Of a stretch of DNA of 10,423 nucleotides, positions 6,540 to 10,423 are shown in pieces; position 1 is the first letter of the stretch, and each line of letters starts with the position of its first letter. Location: NCBI GenBank assembly GCA_039591655.1, contig JBDHDE010000074.1:1-10423 (forward strand), given 5' to 3'. The DNA comes from Gemmatimonadota bacterium. GTDB lineage: Bacteria > Gemmatimonadota > Gemmatimonadetes > Gemmatimonadales > GWC2-71-9. The notes beneath the pieces are model-generated. The model worked only from the letters and a program-made list of their open reading frames with translations, was not told the origin of the DNA and did not search any database. The position numbers and the translations under genes are program-made.

Positions 6540-8993
6540 TCAGTGCCGGCGCTCCTGGGGAAAGGAGCGCCTCATGGATCGCTCTGCCCCGTCCGTTGCC
6601 CGACCGTCGCCGCCCTCCCAGGGCGGAGGTACCCGCGTCGGCTTCGGCCAGTTGATCTCCGGAAACGACGCAGGTCCGTAACGCGGTTCTTCTCCTTGCT
6701 TTCCTCGCTTGATTGCCTTCAGGACTTTCTCGGGCATGATGGGGACCTCATCGACCCGGACACCGACCGCGTCGTGCACGGCGTTGGCGATGGCCGGAGC
6801 GACTGGGAGCAACGGTCCCTGTCCCACCTCTTTCGCCCCGAACGGGCCGCTCGGATCGGGATCCTCGATGAGGTAGGTCACGACATCGCACATCTCGAGC
6901 GTCGTTGGGCTCTTGTACTCCAACATCGACGGGATCTTGTGCACGACGCCCCGGTTCGACCGATACGCCATCTCCTCCATCAACGTCTCGCCCAGCCCCA
7001 TGTACACGCCGCCCTCGACCTGTCCCACCACGGTGACCGGGTTGATGCAGCGCCCGACGTCGTGGGCGATCCAAATCCTCGGAACCGTGACGACGCCGCT
7101 GGGAGGGTCCACCTCGACCTCTGCCACTGCCGCGCTGTAGGAGTACGCCGGTGACGGCCCCACTCCGGCTCCGCGGTAGCGACCGGGGCTTGGTGGGGGC
7201 GTGTACGACCCCACCGTGCCTACCGTCCCCTCAGCCGCCTCCGCGAGCTGCACCGCTTCGGCGAAGCTCATGCCGTTATCCGGATCCTCGACGTCGAACA
7301 CCCGGCTCTCCGCGAACGCGAGGCGCTCCGGGTGCACCCCGAGCCGCTGCCGGGCGTGCCGCGCCAGGATCTCGCGGGCTCGCTCGGCGGCCTGCAGCGC
7401 GGCGTTGCCGCTCATGAGCGTCACACGGCTCGAGTAGCTACCCAGGTCCACCGGTGTCAGGTCCGTGTCCGCCGTGACCACCTGTATGTCCCCCACTTCT
7501 ACCCCCAGCACCTCGGCCACGATGTAGGCGAGGACGGAATCGGAGCCCTGCCCGATGTCGGTCGACCCGCAGAACACGGTGACGCCTCCGCCTCGGTCGA
7601 GCTTGAGCTGCACGCCGGAGTGGGGCATTTGGTTCCAGTAGATCGGCAGTCCGGCGCCGCTTATGTAGCTCGAGCAGGCGAGCCCCACACCAAGGCCGTA
7701 GGGGAGGCGACGGAACTTCTCAGTCCAACCGGCCCCTTCGGTTACGCGCCGTAAACACGCGCCCAATCCCATCGTGCCGATCGTGAGGTAGTTGGCGGTC
7801 ACGGAGTCGGGTGGGACGAGGTGCCTGAGCCGCAGCTCCGCCGGGTCCATCCCCAGGTCCTCGGCGAGCTTGTCCATGTGCACCTCGAGGGCATAGCGCG
7901 GCTGCGGAGTGCCGTGGCCGCGCTTGGGCCCGCACGGCGCCTTGTTGGTGAAGACCCGCGCGCCCTGGAACCGGTAGCGCTCCACGTGGTAGGTCGTCGT
8001 CTGGAGCGCACCGGTGTAATACGTGCTCGCGACCCCGTAGGAACCGTAGGCGCCTCCGTCGAGGAGCGTCTTGAAGTGCATGCCCTTGATGGTGCCGTCC
8101 TTCGTGACGCCGGTCTTCACCCACATTAGCGTCGGGTGGCGGCCGCGATGGCAGTAGAAGACCTCCTCCCGGGTGAGAGCCATCTTCACCGGCCGTCCGG
8201 TCATCATAGCGAGCTTGGCCACCGCGATTTCGTGACTGAAGGGGTCGCTCTTGCCGCCGAACCCGCCGCCGTGGGCACACGCGATGACGCGGATGCGTGA
8301 CGCGGGGAGCTCCAACACTTTGGCCAGCGCCCGGTGCACGTAGTGCGGCGTCTGCGTTGAGCTCCACAGCGTGAGCTTCCCGTCGGCGGACCATTCGGCG
8401 AGGGCGGCGTGTTGCTCCATCGGGAGGTGCGTATTGCCCTCGTAGAACAGCAGGTCCTCACGTACGTGGTCGGCCTCGGCGAAACCCTGCTCCACGTCGC
8501 CGAACTCCAGATCGACCAGCTTGTGGAAGTTGCCGTCGGGGCCGTAGTCGTGTATGCGCGGCTCTGGGGTTCTCACCGCCTCCTCCGCCGAGGCGATGGG
8601 CGGCAAGTCCTGGTAGGAGACCTCGATCAGGTCGAGGGCCGAGGTGGCGACCTCCTCGCTGACTGCCGCCACGGCCGCAACCGGATCGCCGATGAACCGC
8701 GCCACGTCCGGGGCGAGAACGTGCTCGTCCTGGCTCACCGGGAGGATGCCGAAGGGAATCGGGAGATCTTTCCCCGTGAGCACGGCCTTTACCCCGTCGA
8801 GGTCCTGGGCCTTGGAGGTGTCGACCTGCAGGATCCGCGCATGGGGCCTGGTGCTGCGTAGCAGCTTGGCGTGCAGCATGCGTGGCAGGACGAGGTCGTC
8901 GGCGTATTTCGTCTGCCCCGTGACCTTCGCAACGGCGTCCACCTTGCGCTGGGGCGTGCCGACGACGCGGAGCTGCTGCCTACCGCCGGCCAT
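6540..8993 (-). CDS. Xanthine-dehydrogenase-family molybdopterin-binding subunit (4-hydroxybenzoyl-CoA reductase alpha/HcrA-like), 817 aa
   Basis: KVTGQTKYADD, LRSTRPHARI, STQTPH, GGGFGGK, HRGR, CGPKRGHG, DIGQGS, DLGSYSSRVT, GQVEGG, GPFGAKEVGQG. ATG 8993 has an AGGAG RBS and overlaps the small-subunit gene by 14 bp. Confidence 0.93.
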   Translation of the reverse strand: MAGGRQQLRVVGTPQRKVDAVAKVTGQTKYADDLVLPRMLHAKLLRSTRPHARILQVDTSKAQDLDGVKAVLTGKDLPIPFGILPVSQDEHVLAPDVARFIGDPVAAVAAVSEEVATSALDLIEVSYQDLPPIASAEEAVRTPEPRIHDYGPDGNFHKLVDLEFGDVEQGFAEADHVREDLLFYEGNTHLPMEQHAALAEWSADGKLTLWSSTQTPHYVHRALAKVLELPASRIRVIACAHGGGFGGKSDPFSHEIAVAKLAMMTGRPVKMALTREEVFYCHRGRHPTLMWVKTGVTKDGTIKGMHFKTLLDGGAYGSYGVASTYYTGALQTTTYHVERYRFQGARVFTNKAPCGPKRGHGTPQPRYALEVHMDKLAEDLGMDPAELRLRHLVPPDSVTANYLTIGTMGLGACLRRVTEGAGWTEKFRRLPYGLGVGLACSSYISGAGLPIYWNQMPHSGVQLKLDRGGGVTVFCGSTDIGQGSDSVLAYIVAEVLGVEVGDIQVVTADTDLTPVDLGSYSSRVTLMSGNAALQAAERAREILARHARQRLGVHPERLAFAESRVFDVEDPDNGMSFAEAVQLAEAAEGTVGTVGSYTPPPSPGRYRGAGVGPSPAYSYSAAVAEVEVDPPSGVVTVPRIWIAHDVGRCINPVTVVGQVEGGVYMGLGETLMEEMAYRSNRGVVHKIPSMLEYKSPTTLEMCDVVTYLIEDPDPSGPFGAKEVGQGPLLPVAPAIANAVHDAVGVRVDEVPIMPEKVLKAIKRGKQGEEPRYGPASFPEINWPKPTRVPPPWEGGDGRATDGAERSMRRSFPQERRH

Positions 8994-9519
8994 GAAGAGA
9001 CTCCTGCGAGGGCTCGGCGGGCTCGCCCCGCATACGGGCAGCGGCGAGCTCCACTGCTTCATAGATCTTCAGATAGCCTGTGCAACGGCAGAGGTTCCCA
9101 GCCAGGGCCTCCTTGATCTCATCACGGGTGGGCGACAGGTTCGCCTCGAGCAGGGCCTTCCCGGTCAGCAGGAACCCCGGGGTGCAATAGCCGCACTGCG
9201 CGGCGCCGAGGTCGGCGAAGGTGGTCTGCAGGGGATGGAGCGTCGGTCCCTCGGCCATCCCCTCGACCGTGTCCACTCGCCTTCCGTCGCACGCCTGGCC
9301 TAGCACCAGGCAGGAGAGCACGGGCATCTCATCCAGCAGCACGGTGCAGGTGCCGCACTCGCCCAGCTCACATCCGTGCTTCGTGCCGGTGAGACCCAGG
9401 TCCTCGCGCAGCACCTCGAGCAGGGTCTTGTGGGGCGCGAACGCGATCTCGACGGGGTCGCCGTTCACCACCAGCCGGATCTGGACTTTCTGGTTTCGCT
9501 TACTCCTGCGGCTGGCCAA
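8980..9519 (-). CDS. Two-[2Fe-2S] small subunit of an XDH-family enzyme (HcrC/CoxS-like)
   Basis: GTKHGCELGECGTCTV...SC and QCGYCTPG...GNLCRCTGY cluster motifs. TTG start with upstream GGAG; the exact start is uncertain. Confidence 0.95.
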   Translation of the reverse strand: MASRRSKRNQKVQIRLVVNGDPVEIAFAPHKTLLEVLREDLGLTGTKHGCELGECGTCTVLLDEMPVLSCLVLGQACDGRRVDTVEGMAEGPTLHPLQTTFADLGAAQCGYCTPGFLLTGKALLEANLSPTRDEIKEALAGNLCRCTGYLKIYEAVELAAARMRGEPAEPSQESLHGRR

Positions 9520-9739
9520 AGAGGAAGGTCTCCGTCTGCTTCGTGAGAAACTGCCGGGCTTCGGGATCGCGCAGGTCCAACCCGTAGTGGTTGATGATGG
9601 CCGTCTGGTGCTGCAGCCAGTCCTGCCAACAGGATTGGCAGATGGAGTCGTAGATCTTGTTTCCCAACTCCCCCGGCAACGGAGGGGCCGTAAGCTGCGC
9701 GCCGCTTCGGCCGCAACGACTGCAATTCACCTCGGCCAT
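9500..9739 (-). CDS. yggX: YggX-family Fe(II)-trafficking / oxidative-damage protection protein (79 aa, four-Cys variant)
   Basis: ATG 9739. PGELGNKIYDSI...WQDWLQHQTAIINHYGL...FLF closely parallels E. coli YggX (PGELGKRIYNEI...WAQWQHKQTMLINEKKL...FLF). Confidence 0.88.
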   Translation of the reverse strand: MAEVNCSRCGRSGAQLTAPPLPGELGNKIYDSICQSCWQDWLQHQTAIINHYGLDLRDPEARQFLTKQTETFLFGQPQE

Positions 9740-9745
9740 GGCCCG

Positions 9746-9751
9746 AATGTA
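9746..9751 (-). promoter_or_regulatory. Candidate -10 element (TACATT) for a leaderless yggX-first transcript
   Basis: Minus strand TACATT-cgggcc-ATG, a 6-nt spacer with no Shine-Dalgarno. Lies in the relatively AT-rich 53-bp divergent gap. Confidence 0.4.
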
Positions 9752-9792
9752 ACCTTGCAATTGACCTGACGCGATACCAGCTTTCGCTCGAC

Positions 9793-10011
9793 ATGATCCC
9801 CGCCGACCCTGCCGTTGGCTTGTGCGCGACCTGCCACCACCGTCGCGTGATCCGCTCCCGCCGCGGATCGGCCTTCTGGTTCTGCAGGTTGTCCGAGGCC
9901 GATCCCCAGTACCCCAGGTATCCGCGGCTACCCATTCTGCAATGCGACGGACACGAGTCCGGGGCCCGTGCAGAGGACCATGGGGAGATCGCGCATGAGG
10001 AAAGCCAATGA
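9793..10011 (+). CDS. 72-aa hypothetical Cys-rich protein (CxxC...C...C), probable metal-binding
   Basis: GLCATCHHRRVIRSRRGSAFWFCRLSEADPQYPRYPRLPILQCDGHE. Its stop overlaps the dipeptidase start (ATGA at 10008-10011). Confidence 0.72.
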   Translation: MIPADPAVGLCATCHHRRVIRSRRGSAFWFCRLSEADPQYPRYPRLPILQCDGHESGARAEDHGEIAHEESQ

Positions 10012-10423
10012 TCGGTGACCGTCTCTTGAAGCTGGCCCTGCTGAGCTGTGTCAGCGTGGTCGTTCCACCCACCGTCAGCGCCCAGGAGAGCGACCAGTAC
10101 TTGGAGCGGGCCAAGGAACTCATGCGGCAGGTGCCCCTCATCGACGGCCACAACGACCTCCCCTGGAGCCTGCGGGTCAGCTACGGAATCAGCGTCGACT
10201 CGTTCGACCTCTCGCAGCGCCAATCGCAGGGTCACACCGACATACCGCGGCTCCGTGAGGGATTGGTGGGCGCGCAGTTCTGGTCCACGTTCACGCCGTC
10301 CATCTTTGGGAGCGGTGGGGCGGCGCGGGCGGGCATGGAGCAGGGCGATATCGTCCACCGCCTGGTGGAGCGCTACCCAGAGGCCTTCGAGCTGGCCGGA
10401 ACGGCCGCCGACATCGTGCGGAT
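10008..10423 (+). CDS. Membrane/renal-type dipeptidase (peptidase M19), exported; 3'-truncated by the window edge
   Basis: Manual translation: MIGDRLLKLALLSCVSVVVPPTVSA-QESDQY (signal peptide), PLIDGHNDLPW, GHTDIPRLREGLVGAQFWS. GAGGAA RBS upstream. Absent from the ORF track because there is no stop in the window. Confidence 0.92.
   Translation, partial: MIGDRLLKLALLSCVSVVVPPTVSAQESDQYLERAKELMRQVPLIDGHNDLPWSLRVSYGISVDSFDLSQRQSQGHTDIPRLREGLVGAQFWSTFTPSIFGSGGAARAGMEQGDIVHRLVERYPEAFELAGTAADIVR

Noticed and set aside
8994..9062. Longer start for the Mo subunit (840 aa)
   Set aside because: It lies deep inside the 2Fe-2S gene. ATG 8993 has an AGGAG RBS and matches the family N-terminus.
4930..9519. 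Aerobic CO dehydrogenase (coxMSL), or firm hcrABC gene symbols
   Set aside because: The CoxL AYxCSFR/AYxGAGR loop is absent. The Hcr resemblance is strong, but active-site residues differ and pathway context is missing, so symbols were withheld.
2267..9769. Other plus-strand ORFs (e.g. 2267-2908, 3942-4829, 4813-5655, 6543-7154, 8644-9303, 9221-9769) and alternative-frame minus-strand ORFs
   Set aside because: They overlap well-supported minus-strand genes and have Arg/Pro/Ser-rich, non-protein-like composition.
9823..9837. CATCH as a c-type heme-binding motif (CxxCH)
   Set aside because: There is no signal peptide for export, and two further Cys suggest a Cys4 metal site instead.
9465..10358. 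297-aa minus-strand ORF and the N-terminal extension of the 9500-10153 ORF
   Set aside because: Both are antisense to the dipeptidase and Cys-rich genes. YggX similarity begins only at ATG 9739.
1..10423. CRISPR arrays, tRNA/rRNA, IS elements, phage or defence genes
   Set aside because: No periodic repeats, RNA-gene signatures, or transposase, integrase or nuclease motifs were seen, and intergenic gaps are all short.

Overview
This is a GC-rich, gene-dense bacterial window; no mobile elements, CRISPR arrays or RNA genes were recognised. Most of it is a run of minus-strand genes. In transcription order from 9739: a four-Cys YggX-like protein; a xanthine-oxidase-family molybdoenzyme resembling 4-hydroxybenzoyl-CoA reductase (hcrC-like 2Fe-2S subunit, hcrA-like Mo subunit, hcrB-like FAD/[4Fe-4S] subunit) with an H-NOX/V4R-like gene inserted between the A and B subunits; msrA; a cupin; a 65-aa CxxC/CxxH protein; a small membrane protein; a VOC-like protein; a receiver domain with a C-terminal transmembrane tail; a lipoprotein rhodanese; a possible 33-aa sORF; and a kinase (APH/HYKK-like)-M23 fusion that runs off the left edge and is absent from the ORF track. 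On the plus strand, divergent from these, are a small Cys-rich protein and the 5' part of an exported M19 dipeptidase. The strongest signal is in the Mo subunit: the family's catalytic Glu is replaced by Gln (KEVGQG), and a Lys sits in the active-site loop (CGPKRGHG). Together with the coupled accessory genes, this suggests an uncharacterised molybdoenzyme system. All family calls rest on motifs recognised by eye and reference sequences recalled from memory; no searches were run.
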